Below are positions 21,853-31,630 of a stretch of 64,000 nt of DNA, piece after piece. Position 1 is the stretch's first letter, and every line of letters starts with the position of its first letter. Origin of the DNA: Halorussus marinus (GTDB lineage: Archaea; Halobacteriota; Halobacteria; Halobacteriales; Haladaptataceae). Made by a program: the position numbers and the translations under genes. Location: the NCBI RefSeq assembly GCF_004765795.1, contig NZ_SBIV01000003.1, forward strand, positions 124,001 through 188,000. The letters are read 5' to 3'. The notes below the pieces were generated by a model. The model made no database searches. It saw only the letters and a list, made by a program, of their open reading frames with translations, and had not been told where the DNA came from.

Positions 21853-22207
21853 CGCCGGTCGGGGGCGGTCCGGGGGGCCGTACGCGGTCGTAGCGTCGGT
21901 CTGTCGCGTCACAGTCGCGTCCTGTGGCGGGGAACTCGCCCCATAACAAAGTCCGAACCCGCCAAAGCAACTGACGCGCCCGGCGGCTCGGGCGCAGTAA
22001 CAGGACGGCGACGTCCGGCGGAGCCGGAGGCGCTGGTGGCGGGCTGGCCTCCCGCCGTCGTGTCACCAACCCTCCCACGAAAGTTCTCGTTCCGGGTCGC
22101 CGTCACTCTCGGTATCTCTCCTTTCGGTTCCGTTCGACGCCGAGCGGTCTCCCCGTTTCGCGGACGGCCGGCGGGGCTTCCGAGCGACCTCGACGGCGGA
22201 CTCCGGC

Positions 22208-22882
22208 CTAGAAGTCGCCGAGCCCGGTCTGGACGTCCTCCTCGGCCGGGACCTCCTCGATCACGTCGGGCGAGTCGTTCGCGGGGTCGTTGACCGCGTC
22301 CGAGACCGGGTAGGCCCGCAACTCCTCGGCGGGGAACGGATCGAGCAGATCGACACCGCCCTCGCGGAGCCAGCGGCCCTCCTCGCCCGGCGACAGCATC
22401 ACCGGCATCCGGTGGTGGATCGGCTCGACGACCGCGTTGGGCTCGGTCGTAAGGACGGTGAACGTCGGGTCGTCGGCGCCGGTCGAGGCGTCCGCGCGGG
22501 CCGGCTCCCACAGCCCCGCGAACGCGAACGGCTCGCGGTCGGCCCGCTCGATCCGGTAGGGCTGTTTGCCGGTCGGGACGGGTTTCCAGTCGTAGAAGCC
22601 GTCGGCGAGGACGAGACACCGCCGCTCGGCGAACGCCTCTCGGAAGCTTGGCTTGTCGGCGACCGTCTCGGATCGGGCGTTGCTGTGGCCCGAGCCGTCG
22701 CCCCACTCGGGGACCAGCCCCCACGTCGGGAACCGAATCTCGTCGGGGGCGTCGTTCAGGACCGCGGGGTGGTCGTCGCCCGGCGCGACGTTGTACCGCG
22801 GTTCGAGCGGTCGGACCGGCTCGGCGTCGAAGCGCTCGCGGACGCGCTCGGCCGAGGCGAAAAGCGAAGTTCTCCCACACAT
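22208..22882 (-). CDS. SOS response-associated peptidase (SRAP/HMCES family)
   Basis: N-terminal MCGR, RYNVAP, NARSET, FAFAGLW, HHRMPV. Confidence 0.93.
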   Translation of the reverse strand: MCGRTSLFASAERVRERFDAEPVRPLEPRYNVAPGDDHPAVLNDAPDEIRFPTWGLVPEWGDGSGHSNARSETVADKPSFREAFAERRCLVLADGFYDWKPVPTGKQPYRIERADREPFAFAGLWEPARADASTGADDPTFTVLTTEPNAVVEPIHHRMPVMLSPGEEGRWLREGGVDLLDPFPAEELRAYPVSDAVNDPANDSPDVIEEVPAEEDVQTGLGDF

Positions 22883-22886
22883 CGTC

Positions 22887-24071
22887 TCAGAAGGGCTGTT
22901 CGGTCTCGCGGGTCGGCTCCTCGGCGGGCGTGACCTCGCTGATCCGGCCGGTCTGCTGGATGACCTCGAACGCGGTCATCAGGTCGGTCCGGGAGATGAG
23001 CCCCGCGAGCTCGCCGTCGTCGTCGACGACGAGGAGCCGGCCGATGCCGTGTTGCTGGATCCGCTCGAACGCGGTCATCGCGTCCTCGTCGGCCCGGATC
23101 GTCTTGAGCTCCCGGGACATCACGTCGGCGACGGTGTAGGCGTCGCGCTCGACCTCGTTGACATCGCGGGCGTCTTCGAGGGTCACCATCCCGACCGGCT
23201 CGCCGCTCTCGATCACGGGGAAGCCGGTGTGGCGCTCGCGAAACATCGCCTCCAGCAGGTCCGAGACCGACGTGTCCGGGGTGACCGCGTCGAGCTCGTC
23301 GACCTCTGTCATGACGTCGCGCACCCGGACGTTGCGAAACGCCGTGCTCATCACGGTCTGTTGGGCCTCGCTGGTCGCGCCGACGTAGATGAAAAACGCG
23401 ATCCCGATGAGAACGATGTTGAACTGGAGCAGTCCGAACAGCCCGAGCAACACCGCAAACAGCTTGCCGACCTCCGCGGCGATCCGGGTCGCGTCGGCGA
23501 ACGGCCGGTTCCGGGCGAGCAGTGCCCGGAGGACCCGCCCGCCGTCCATCGGGAACCCCGGCAGGAGGTTGAACGCCGCGAGCACGAGGTTCATCAGCGC
23601 GAGGTAGCCGAACACGAACCGGACCGTCGGGAGTCCGGTCGGGATCACGAACAGCGCGGCGTACGAGAGCACGCCGAGCGCGATGCTGACCGCGGGGCCC
23701 GCGATGGCGATGGCGAACTCCTCGCGCCACTCCTCGGGCTGGTCGCTGAGTTGCGCGATGCCGCCGAAGATCCAGAGCGTGATCGAGTCGATCGGGAAGC
23801 CGTATCTGATCGCCACCAGCGAGTGGCCGAGTTCGTGAAGCACCACGCCGGCGAACAGCCCGACGGCCGCGACGGCGCCGAGCACCCACTGCGTTCCGTC
23901 GGCGGTGAGCGGGCCGGCGTCCAGATCGAGCGCCCACAGCATGTTCAGGTTCTCGACCCACAGACCCACCTGTGACCCGATGAGCCACGCGAACACCGGG
24001 AGGATGAGGAGAAACGTCAGGTCGAGCTTGATCGGAATGCCGAACGCCCGACCCACTGTGAAACTTCGCAT
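22887..24071 (-). CDS. Site-2 protease (M50) with CBS domains
   Basis: HELGH, AIAGP, FNLLPGFPMDGG; two C-terminal CBS domains. Confidence 0.93.
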   Translation of the reverse strand: MRSFTVGRAFGIPIKLDLTFLLILPVFAWLIGSQVGLWVENLNMLWALDLDAGPLTADGTQWVLGAVAAVGLFAGVVLHELGHSLVAIRYGFPIDSITLWIFGGIAQLSDQPEEWREEFAIAIAGPAVSIALGVLSYAALFVIPTGLPTVRFVFGYLALMNLVLAAFNLLPGFPMDGGRVLRALLARNRPFADATRIAAEVGKLFAVLLGLFGLLQFNIVLIGIAFFIYVGATSEAQQTVMSTAFRNVRVRDVMTEVDELDAVTPDTSVSDLLEAMFRERHTGFPVIESGEPVGMVTLEDARDVNEVERDAYTVADVMSRELKTIRADEDAMTAFERIQQHGIGRLLVVDDDGELAGLISRTDLMTAFEVIQQTGRISEVTPAEEPTRETEQPF

Positions 24072-24252
24072 ACCTGTGGGTTACCGTGGCAGACCCTTAA
24101 CAGTATTTGGTCGCCCGTTCGGGGGCTTCGTGGGACGACAGTCGGCCACCCCGGCGGTCTGTGCCGGCGGTTCGACGGTGGCCCGGGTCGGTCCCGTCCG
24201 GCGACCGTCAACCCAAGTATTCAAGAGGCCCCCGGAGACAGTCACGAACAAC

Positions 24253-25461
24253 GTGGCAGACACCGAGTACTGCAGACGGACGGCGGTCACGGGTCTCTCC
24301 GTGTCTCCGACGGACGCCACACGGCTCCGCGAGCTGGTTTCGGAGTGGAAACGCGGCTGTCAGCTCGCGGTCAACGAGGCGTGGGGTGTCTGTCACACGC
24401 GGAGCGAGGTCCAACAGCTCGCGTACGACGAACTCCGCGAGCACACCGACCTCAGTAGCCAGCACGCGGTGTTGGCGACCCACCGAGCGGCCGAGGCGAT
24501 CAAACGCGCCGGCGAGTCGGGGACCAAACCCGAGTTCACCAGCCCGACCGTCGCGTTCGACACCCGCACGATGACGGTGTTCGAGGACCGCACGGTCAGC
24601 CTCACGACCACCGACGACCGGGTCCGGTGTGACCTCGATCTGCCGGCCGACGGCGGCTACCAGTCCCGATACCTCGACGGCGAGGAGTGGGAGCCCGCAA
24701 AGAGCGCGCTCCGCTACCGCGACGGCGAGTTCGTCTTCCACCTCGGCTTCCGGACGCCCAAGCCCGCCGTCGACCCGCCGACCGAGGGCGCGACCGTGCT
24801 CGGGGTCGATCTGGGCGTCGAGAACCTCGCGGTCACCAGCACCGCCCGGTTTTTCCCCGCGGGCGAACTCTCCCACCGCCGCGAGGAGTTCGAGCGCGTC
24901 CGGGAGTCCCTCGAAGCGACCGGCACCCGGAGCGCGTCCCGGACTCTCCGGCAGGCGGGCTACCGGACCGACCAGTTCGTCACCCATCGGCTCCACGAGA
25001 TCGCCAACGGCATCGTCGAGGAGGCGACGCGCTACGACTGCGAGCTCGTCGCCTTCGGCAAGCTCGCGGAGGTCCACGACCTGCTCCCCGAGGCCGACCC
25101 CTTCCACGAGTGGCTGTTCGAGCGACTCCTCTCGATGGTGGAGTATCGTGCGGCCGCCCGCGACATCGCCGTCGTGGAGGTCAACCCCGAGTACACCAGC
25201 CAGCGGTGCATGGAGTGTGGGTTCACCCACCCGCAGAACCGCGACGTCGAGGCCGGCCACTTCGAGTGTCTCAAATGCGAGGCGTCGGCCAACGACGACT
25301 ACAACGCCGCCAAGAACATCGCGTTCCGGTGCGTGCGACGCGGCCCGCTCTCCTCGCGCGGGCTCGGCGCGGCGGCGTGTGCGCTCCAGTCGGGCGTCGT
25401 GACCCCAGACGACGGGTTCACGCCGTACGCGGAGCTGTCAGACCCGCCGCTGTCGGACTGA
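24253..25461 (+). CDS. tnpB: IS200/IS605-family TnpB homolog, solo, RuvC-II Glu substituted
   Basis: VLGVDLG (RuvC-I), AFGKL in place of xFEDL (RuvC-II), YTSQRCMECG...FECLKC Zn finger, DDYNAAKNI (RuvC-III); no tnpA nearby. Confidence 0.88.
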   Translation: MADTEYCRRTAVTGLSVSPTDATRLRELVSEWKRGCQLAVNEAWGVCHTRSEVQQLAYDELREHTDLSSQHAVLATHRAAEAIKRAGESGTKPEFTSPTVAFDTRTMTVFEDRTVSLTTTDDRVRCDLDLPADGGYQSRYLDGEEWEPAKSALRYRDGEFVFHLGFRTPKPAVDPPTEGATVLGVDLGVENLAVTSTARFFPAGELSHRREEFERVRESLEATGTRSASRTLRQAGYRTDQFVTHRLHEIANGIVEEATRYDCELVAFGKLAEVHDLLPEADPFHEWLFERLLSMVEYRAAARDIAVVEVNPEYTSQRCMECGFTHPQNRDVEAGHFECLKCEASANDDYNAAKNIAFRCVRRGPLSSRGLGAAACALQSGVVTPDDGFTPYAELSDPPLSD

Positions 25462-25515
25462 CGCGCTCGCCGACCGAGCCGACCTTTTAAGCGCTCGCGT
25501 GCGTAGGACATCCGT

Positions 25516-25908
25516 ATGAGCGAGCAAGTCGAGCCGGTGATCCGGCGCGGAGACGACATCGAGTACGAGAACGTCGGCGCGGCCGACGGGATGCGAAAGG
25601 GCGTGCTCGTCGCCGAGGAGCACGGCGCCCCGAACTTCGCGATCCGGCGGTTCGAACTCGACCCCGGCGCGTCGGTCCCCGAGCACACCAACGACGTCGA
25701 ACACGAGCAGTACGTCCTTGCGGGCGAGTACGTCGTGGGGATCAGAGAGCCGTCCGAAGCCGACGGCGAGGAGTACACCGTCAGCGCGGGCGACTCGCTG
25801 CTCATCCCTGCCGGCGCCGTCCACTGGTACAGAAACGAGGGCGACGAGTCCGGGGCCTTCCTCTGTGCAGTTCCGAACGGCGACGACGAGATCGAACTGG
25901 TGGAGTAG
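25516..25908 (+). CDS. Cupin domain protein
   Basis: PEHTNDVEHEQYVLAG...AGDSLLIPAGAVHWY. Confidence 0.9.
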   Translation: MSEQVEPVIRRGDDIEYENVGAADGMRKGVLVAEEHGAPNFAIRRFELDPGASVPEHTNDVEHEQYVLAGEYVVGIREPSEADGEEYTVSAGDSLLIPAGAVHWYRNEGDESGAFLCAVPNGDDEIELVE

Positions 25909-26082
25909 CTACTCGTACTCCGGCAGCGAGACGAGCGCCGAGATGTCCGCCGAGATCCACGCCTCGGAGACGCGTCGGTCCTGCATCCGCACGGTCGGGC
26001 GGCCGTCCGTGGCGTCGTCTATCTGTAACTGGACTTCCTCGTCGAACCGCGCCGGCAACTGCTCGTTTTGGCTCCCCCGCAT
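25909..26082 (-). CDS. Small acidic hypothetical protein (57 aa)
   Basis: MRGSQNEQLPARFDEEVQLQ...EAWISADISALVSLPEYE; AWISAD-type ending common in small haloarchaeal proteins; below ORF-track cutoff. Confidence 0.55.
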   Translation of the reverse strand: MRGSQNEQLPARFDEEVQLQIDDATDGRPTVRMQDRRVSEAWISADISALVSLPEYE

Positions 26083-26313
26083 AGGTCTGGTACGTCCCGC
26101 GGTTGCGACGAAGCGGGCTTTGTTATTTGCCGGTTGCCGAACGGAATTGCGACGATAACGAACCCGTCGGGGGAGTTATCCCGAGCTTACCGACCGGTAT
26201 CGTCGCGTTTCGGTCGGTCGCGACCCGTCCGGTGACGGTCGTCGACGCCGCGCGCTCGGCGGCCGACCGACCGTTCCGAACCGCTCAAATACCGCGAGCC
26301 ACTATCGGGTGGT

Positions 26314-28368
26314 GTGTCGAAGCAGGTCCCGCAGGTGGACACGCTGTTCCTCCACGAGCAGTCCGGCGACTACGTCGCGGTCGTGAACCGCGACGGGTCG
26401 CGCGTGTTCCGCGCGAAGCTCGAACTGAAACAGACCGACGCCGGGCCCCGCCCCGGAAAGCTCCGGGTCCAGCGCGGGTCGAGCGAGGAGCTACGCGACC
26501 CGGACCAGTTCGTGGAGATCGCCCGCAGGGCCGACCGCATCCGGATCTCCGAACAGACCCCGTCGTCGAGTCGAACGGAGCTACGGGAGATGCTCGACGG
26601 CTACCAGCTCGACGCCAAGGTCGTCCGGACCTGTCGGCTGTGTGCGTCGAGCGGGCGCTACTCGCCGATCACGAGCGAGACGGCCATCGACGCCGGCGAG
26701 GAGTACATCTGTCCCGACTGCGCCAAAGAGGAGCTAGAGCGTGAGCTCGCGTTCCACGGCGACCTCACCGGGCAGGCCCACGACCGGCTCGAAGACCTCC
26801 TGCTCGAAGTGCAGGACCTCGAACGCATCACGAACCTCCTGAAGGGACAGCTCGACCCCGACCTCACGAAGTTCGACGAGATCAGCGCCAACGTCGAGGA
26901 CGTCGAGACGGTCCCGGTCGACTCGCTCGGGCTCCACCCCGGCGTCCAGAACCTCCTCGAAGACCGCTTCGAGGAGCTGTTGCCCGTCCAGAGTCTGGCG
27001 GTCCAGAACGGCCTCCTCGACGGCGAGGACCAGCTCGTGGTGAGCGCCACCGCGACCGGCAAGACCCTCGTCGGCGAGATGACCGGCCTCGACCGGGTGC
27101 TCGACGGGGAGGGCAAGATGCTGTTTCTGGTGCCGCTGGTCGCGCTGGCCAACCAGAAACACGAGGACTTCGAGGAGGAGTACGGCGACCTCGTGGACGT
27201 GACCATCCGGGTCGGCGCGAGCCGGGTGCGCGACGACGGACAGGCGTTCGACCCGAGCGCGGACGTCATCGTCGGCACCTACGAGGGCGTCGACCACGCG
27301 CTCCGGACGGGTCGGGATCTGGGCGACATCGGGACGGTCGTCATCGACGAGGTCCACACCCTCAAAGAACAGGAGCGGGGCCACCGCCTCGACGGGCTCA
27401 TCGCCCGGCTGAAACACTACTGCGAGACCCGCGCCGAGCGCCGCGAGGCGTACGACGGGGCGCAGTACGTCTACCTCTCGGCGACGGTCGGCAACCCCTC
27501 CGGGCTCGCCGAGTCGCTCCGGGCGAACCTCGTCGAGTACGAGGAGCGGCCGGTCCCGCTCGAACGCCACGTCACCTTCGCCGACGGCCAGGAGAAAGGC
27601 GACATCGAGAACAAACTGGTCAAACGCGAGTTCGACAGCACGTCCTCGCAGGGGTATCGCGGCCAGACCATCATCTTCACCAACTCCCGGCGGCGGTGTC
27701 ACGAGATCTCCCGGAAGCTGGAGTACAGCTCCGCGCCGTACCACGCGGGCCTCGACTACGGCCGTCGGAAGACCGTCGAGCGCCAGTTCGCCGATCAGGA
27801 CCTCGCGGCGGTCGTGACGACCGCGGCGCTGGCGGCCGGGGTCGACTTCCCGGCCTCGCAGGTCGTGTTCGACACCCTCGCGATGGGGATCGAGTGGCTC
27901 TCGGTCCAGGAGTTCCACCAGATGCTCGGGCGAGCGGGCCGGCCGGACTACCACGACCGCGGGAAGGTGTACGTGCTGGTCGAGCCAGACGCCGCCTACC
28001 ACAACAGCATGGAGATGACCGAAGACGAGGTCGCGTTCAAGCTCCTGAAAGGCGAGATGGAGAACGTCCGGACGCTGTACGACGAGAGCGCCGCCGTCGA
28101 GGAGACGCTCGCGAACATCACCGTCGCCGGCACCGAGACCAAGCGGCTCAACGAGCGGATGATCGGCGAGGTGCCGACCAAGCACGCGCTCGGCAAGCTC
28201 CTCGAATACGGCTTCATCGACGGGCTCGAACCCACCGACCTCGGTCGGGTGGTCACCAGCCACTTCCTCGCGCCCGACGAGGCGTTCAAGATCCTCGACG
28301 GCATCCGGAAAGACACCGACCTCTACGAGATCGCGGCCGAACTCGAACTCCACGGCGACGAGGAGTGA
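26314..28368 (+). CDS. Archaeal Ski2-like DEAD/DEAH helicase (COG1202/ASH-Ski2-like)
   Basis: SATATGKT, DEVH, LSAT, QMLGRAGRP; N-terminal CxxC...CPDC. Confidence 0.9.
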   Translation: MSKQVPQVDTLFLHEQSGDYVAVVNRDGSRVFRAKLELKQTDAGPRPGKLRVQRGSSEELRDPDQFVEIARRADRIRISEQTPSSSRTELREMLDGYQLDAKVVRTCRLCASSGRYSPITSETAIDAGEEYICPDCAKEELERELAFHGDLTGQAHDRLEDLLLEVQDLERITNLLKGQLDPDLTKFDEISANVEDVETVPVDSLGLHPGVQNLLEDRFEELLPVQSLAVQNGLLDGEDQLVVSATATGKTLVGEMTGLDRVLDGEGKMLFLVPLVALANQKHEDFEEEYGDLVDVTIRVGASRVRDDGQAFDPSADVIVGTYEGVDHALRTGRDLGDIGTVVIDEVHTLKEQERGHRLDGLIARLKHYCETRAERREAYDGAQYVYLSATVGNPSGLAESLRANLVEYEERPVPLERHVTFADGQEKGDIENKLVKREFDSTSSQGYRGQTIIFTNSRRRCHEISRKLEYSSAPYHAGLDYGRRKTVERQFADQDLAAVVTTAALAAGVDFPASQVVFDTLAMGIEWLSVQEFHQMLGRAGRPDYHDRGKVYVLVEPDAAYHNSMEMTEDEVAFKLLKGEMENVRTLYDESAAVEETLANITVAGTETKRLNERMIGEVPTKHALGKLLEYGFIDGLEPTDLGRVVTSHFLAPDEAFKILDGIRKDTDLYEIAAELELHGDEE

Positions 28369-28463
28369 GACCGCCCGCGACCGCCGTCTGGGCGCGACGA
28401 CCGGGGAGCGTCTGACGCTCGTCTGCCGGAGTTTCATATGCGGTAGCTGCCAATGCGTTGATA

Positions 28464-28763
28464 ATGGCCACGGCAAACCCCGAGAGCTCCGAACGCGCGG
28501 TCGCGCCCAAACACGAAGCGTACCACGACCCGGACGGCGACGCCGCGCTCAGCACGACGGTGATCAACGCGGTCGCGGCCGCCGAGGGCGTCGACCCGAC
28601 CCACCGGAACCTCCAGTTGTACGACGCGCTCGATCTCGAAGCGCTCGACTCGCTGTTCGAGCGCCGCTCGCGCGGGGACCACTGGCGCTTCGAGTTCGGC
28701 GTCCACGATCTCGTGGTCGTCGTCCACGGCGACGGCTGTATCGCGGTGTACGACGACCGCTGA
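28464..28763 (+). CDS. HalOD1 output domain protein
   Basis: LSTTVINAVAAAEGVDP...LYDALDLEALDSLF...VVVHGDG. Confidence 0.85.
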   Translation: MATANPESSERAVAPKHEAYHDPDGDAALSTTVINAVAAAEGVDPTHRNLQLYDALDLEALDSLFERRSRGDHWRFEFGVHDLVVVVHGDGCIAVYDDR

Positions 28764-28880
28764 CGCTCCCGACGCTCGCCGCCCGGTCGACGACCGACCG
28801 GGCGCTCGACGCTCGCTGAGGGGGATCGCCGTCGCCGCCAGTCCGCACGATTTTTGGTCACCCGTCGAGACGTATCCGCC

Positions 28881-30737
28881 GTGGTACTTCCGGAGCTGAC
28901 GGCGGGTGTCGGCGGCATGCAGGTCGTCTTCCTCGTCATCCTCGTCGCGCTTGTGCTGTTTGCCACCGAGCCGGTTCCGATCGACATCACCGCGATCGGG
29001 ATCATGGTGGCGCTGATGGTGCTCGAGCCGTGGACCCGGGTCTCTCCCGCGGAGGGCGTCTCGGGGTTCGCCAGCACCGCCACCGTGACGGTGCTCGCGA
29101 TGTTCGTGCTGAGCTACGGCGTCCAGCGTACCGGCGCGGTCCAGATTCTCGGCCGGAAGATCGCGGCGTTCACCGGCGACGACGAGGGCCGCCAGCTCGG
29201 CGCGACGATCGGCGTCGTCGGCTCTATCTCCGGGTTCATCAACAACACCGCGGCGGTCGCGATCCTGTTGCCGATGGTGACCGACCTCGCCCACGAGGGC
29301 AAGACCTCCCCGTCGAAACTGCTGTTGCCCCTGTCGTACGCCTCGATGTTCGGCGGGACGCTCACGCTCATCGGCACCTCGACGAACATCCTCGCCAGCG
29401 ACCTCTCGGTCCGGCTCGCGACACAGGACCCCGCGGCGTTCGGCGAACTCCACGCGTTCTCGATGTTCGAGTTCACCGCGCTCGGGCTGATCGTCTCGGG
29501 GGTCGGGACGGTGTACCTGCTCACGGTTGGCCGGTGGCTCACCCCCGCACGCATCCCGCCCCGCGAAGACCTCACCGAGGAGTTCGAGCTCGAAGAGTAC
29601 CTGACCGAGGTCGTCGTCGAGGACGACTCGCCGCTGGTGGGCCGGACCGTCGCCGACGCGCTCGCGGAGACCGACTTCGACGTCGATCTCGTCCAGCTCA
29701 TCCGGGGCGAGACGACGTTCGCCGAACCGCTCGGTCCCAAGGAGATCCAGTCCGGGGACGTGTTCGCGCTCCGGACCGACCGCGGGACGCTCGTCGAGCT
29801 CATCGACGCCGAGGGGCTGGCACTGCTCCCCGAAGTCGACGTGACCGACGCCGAACTCGAGGGCGGCGACGACACCGGCCTCGCGCGAAGCCTCGTCGAG
29901 GTGGTCGTCGCGCCCCGGTCGTCGCTGGTCGGCGAGAGCCTCGCCAGCGCGAGCTTCCGGGACCGGTACGACGCGACGGTGCTCGCGCTCCGGCGGGGGC
30001 CCGAGTACATCCGCGAGCGCATGGACCACGCCGAACTCCGTGTCGGGGACACGCTGTTGGTGCAGGCGACCGCCGACAGCGTCTCGCGGCTGAACGCCAA
30101 CCGCGATTTCATCGTGGCCCAGGAGATCGAGCGCCCCGACTACCGGGAGTCGAAGATCCCGCTCGCGCTCGGGATCGTGGCGGCGGTCGTCACGGTCGCC
30201 GCCCTCGACGTCCTCCCGATCATGGTGTCGGCGCTGGCCGGGGCGCTCGCGATGGTCGTGACCGGCGTGCTCAAGCCCCCGGAGGTGTACGACGCCGTCG
30301 AGTGGGACGTCATCTTCCTGCTCGCGGGGGTCATCCCCCTCGGGATCGCGCTCGAGAAGACCGGCGGCGCGGACCTGCTCGCGGATCTGGTGGTCGCCTC
30401 GGCCGACGTGTTGCCCGCGATCGCGGTCCTCGGGCTGTTCTACGTCGTGACCGCCCTGCTCACCAACGTCATCAGCAACAACGCCAGCGTCGTGTTGATG
30501 ATCCCGGTCGCGGCCGAGGCCGCCGCCCAGCTCGACGCCAACGCCTTTGCGTTCGTCCTGGCGGTCACGTTCGCGGCCTCGACCGCGTTCATGACGCCCG
30601 TCGGCTACCAAACGAACCTCTTCGTCTACGGTCCCGGCGGCTACCGGTTCACCGACTACATCCGGGTCGGCGCGCCGCTTCAGTTGCTGTTCGCGATCGC
30701 CACGACCGCGGGTATCGCGGTGATCTGGGGCGTCTGA
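28881..30737 (+). CDS. SLC13 family permease with TrkA-C domains
   Basis: FINNTA, GGTLTLIGTSTN, two RCK-C repeats, TPVGYQTN; start uncertain. Confidence 0.92.
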   Translation: MVLPELTAGVGGMQVVFLVILVALVLFATEPVPIDITAIGIMVALMVLEPWTRVSPAEGVSGFASTATVTVLAMFVLSYGVQRTGAVQILGRKIAAFTGDDEGRQLGATIGVVGSISGFINNTAAVAILLPMVTDLAHEGKTSPSKLLLPLSYASMFGGTLTLIGTSTNILASDLSVRLATQDPAAFGELHAFSMFEFTALGLIVSGVGTVYLLTVGRWLTPARIPPREDLTEEFELEEYLTEVVVEDDSPLVGRTVADALAETDFDVDLVQLIRGETTFAEPLGPKEIQSGDVFALRTDRGTLVELIDAEGLALLPEVDVTDAELEGGDDTGLARSLVEVVVAPRSSLVGESLASASFRDRYDATVLALRRGPEYIRERMDHAELRVGDTLLVQATADSVSRLNANRDFIVAQEIERPDYRESKIPLALGIVAAVVTVAALDVLPIMVSALAGALAMVVTGVLKPPEVYDAVEWDVIFLLAGVIPLGIALEKTGGADLLADLVVASADVLPAIAVLGLFYVVTALLTNVISNNASVVLMIPVAAEAAAQLDANAFAFVLAVTFAASTAFMTPVGYQTNLFVYGPGGYRFTDYIRVGAPLQLLFAIATTAGIAVIWGV

Positions 30738-30818
30738 GGCGCGCGGGTCGCCGATCGGCGCCGTCGGCCGCGACAAACGAAACCCTTTACAGGTGTTCGC
30801 GCGCTACGTACACGGTAC

Positions 30819-30891
30819 GGGACCGTGGGGTAGCTTGGTATCCTTTCGGCCTTGGGTGCCGATAACCCCGGTTCGAATCCGGGCGGTCCCA
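30819..30891 (+). tRNA. tRNA-Pro(TGG)
   Basis: Acceptor GGGACCG/CGGTCCC-A; anticodon arm TCGGC-CTTGGGT-GCCGA; GGTTCGAATCC. Confidence 0.96.
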
Positions 30892-30893
30892 TA
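30879..30893 (+). repeat. att core (tRNA-proximal)
   Basis: CCGGGCGGTCCCATA, overlaps tRNA-Pro 3' end. Confidence 0.88.
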
Positions 30894-30987
30894 GCCACTT
30901 AAGTAAATCAGCTGATTTTGCCGCTTCTAAACGCCTTAGAATCGGTCTCGTTCTCGCCCTTCTCACTGGCTGGAGGTGCGGTTTCTG

Positions 30988-31254
30988 ATGGCGGTTCAAC
31001 TCCCCGACTCGGACCGCGACCGCCACACCTGCGACTACTGCGACGCCCACGTCACTGCCGAGTTCCGCCGCATCTACGGGACCGAGAGCGGCCGAGCTAA
31101 ACGATGTCCGGGCTACGATTCGTGGCCACGTATCGAACACGGCTCGGCGCGCGGCGACGAAGTCGACCATCCTGATCCGCAAGAGAACCCCGCTCGTAAC
31201 GGCGGGAAGGAACTCCGTCGCAAGTGCGTGGCTGACGGAGGTGAATCGCCGTGA
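30988..31254 (+). CDS. Small zinc-finger protein of haloarchaeal mobile elements
   Basis: CDYCDAHVTAEFRRIYG...RCPGY (second CxxC degenerate); SD-like GGAGGTG upstream. Confidence 0.7.
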   Translation: MAVQLPDSDRDRHTCDYCDAHVTAEFRRIYGTESGRAKRCPGYDSWPRIEHGSARGDEVDHPDPQENPARNGGKELRRKCVADGGESP

Positions 31255-31355
31255 CCGGATTCGTCCGCGCGAGCGAACTCTACGACGTTCGCGAAGGGGA
31301 ACTTCTCGTTCATCCAGCTGAGCGTCCGAGCGAGCTACCTAGCGAGGAGGGCTAA
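31251..31355 (+). CDS. 34-aa hypothetical protein
   Basis: GTGA overlap, GGAGGTGA SD; MTGFVRASELYDVREGELLVHPAERPSELPSEEG. Confidence 0.45.
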   Translation: MTGFVRASELYDVREGELLVHPAERPSELPSEEG

Positions 31356-31357
31356 GG

Positions 31358-31630
31358 ATGGCCGCGCCAGCCCGCTACGAGACCCGTAGCGACGGCTATT
31401 GCCGGTGGCGTGCCTGGGATCGTGTCGACGGTCGCGAGCGCTACGTCTACGTCCACCAGCTAACCGCCATCGCCGACGGTGCGAGCCCGTACTTGGTGTT
31501 CTCGGCCGGCGAGTACCATATCCACCATCGCTCGGGCATCAGGTTCGACAATCGACCGAGCAACCCCCAGCTGCTCAAGGGCGACGACCACGCTCGCGAG
31601 ACCTTCGATCAGGAGGGAGCCGAGTCGTGA
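31358..31630 (+). CDS. Small HNH-motif protein
   Basis: YVYVHQL...HIHHRSGIRFDNRPSN...H. Confidence 0.7.
   Translation: MAAPARYETRSDGYCRWRAWDRVDGRERYVYVHQLTAIADGASPYLVFSAGEYHIHHRSGIRFDNRPSNPQLLKGDDHARETFDQEGAES

Noticed and set aside
25463..25476. Sequence after tnpB (GCGCTCGCCGACCG) matches 58767-58780, a possible guide-target pair
   Set aside because: A 14-bp GC-rich match is plausible by chance in this composition, and the guide boundary is not established
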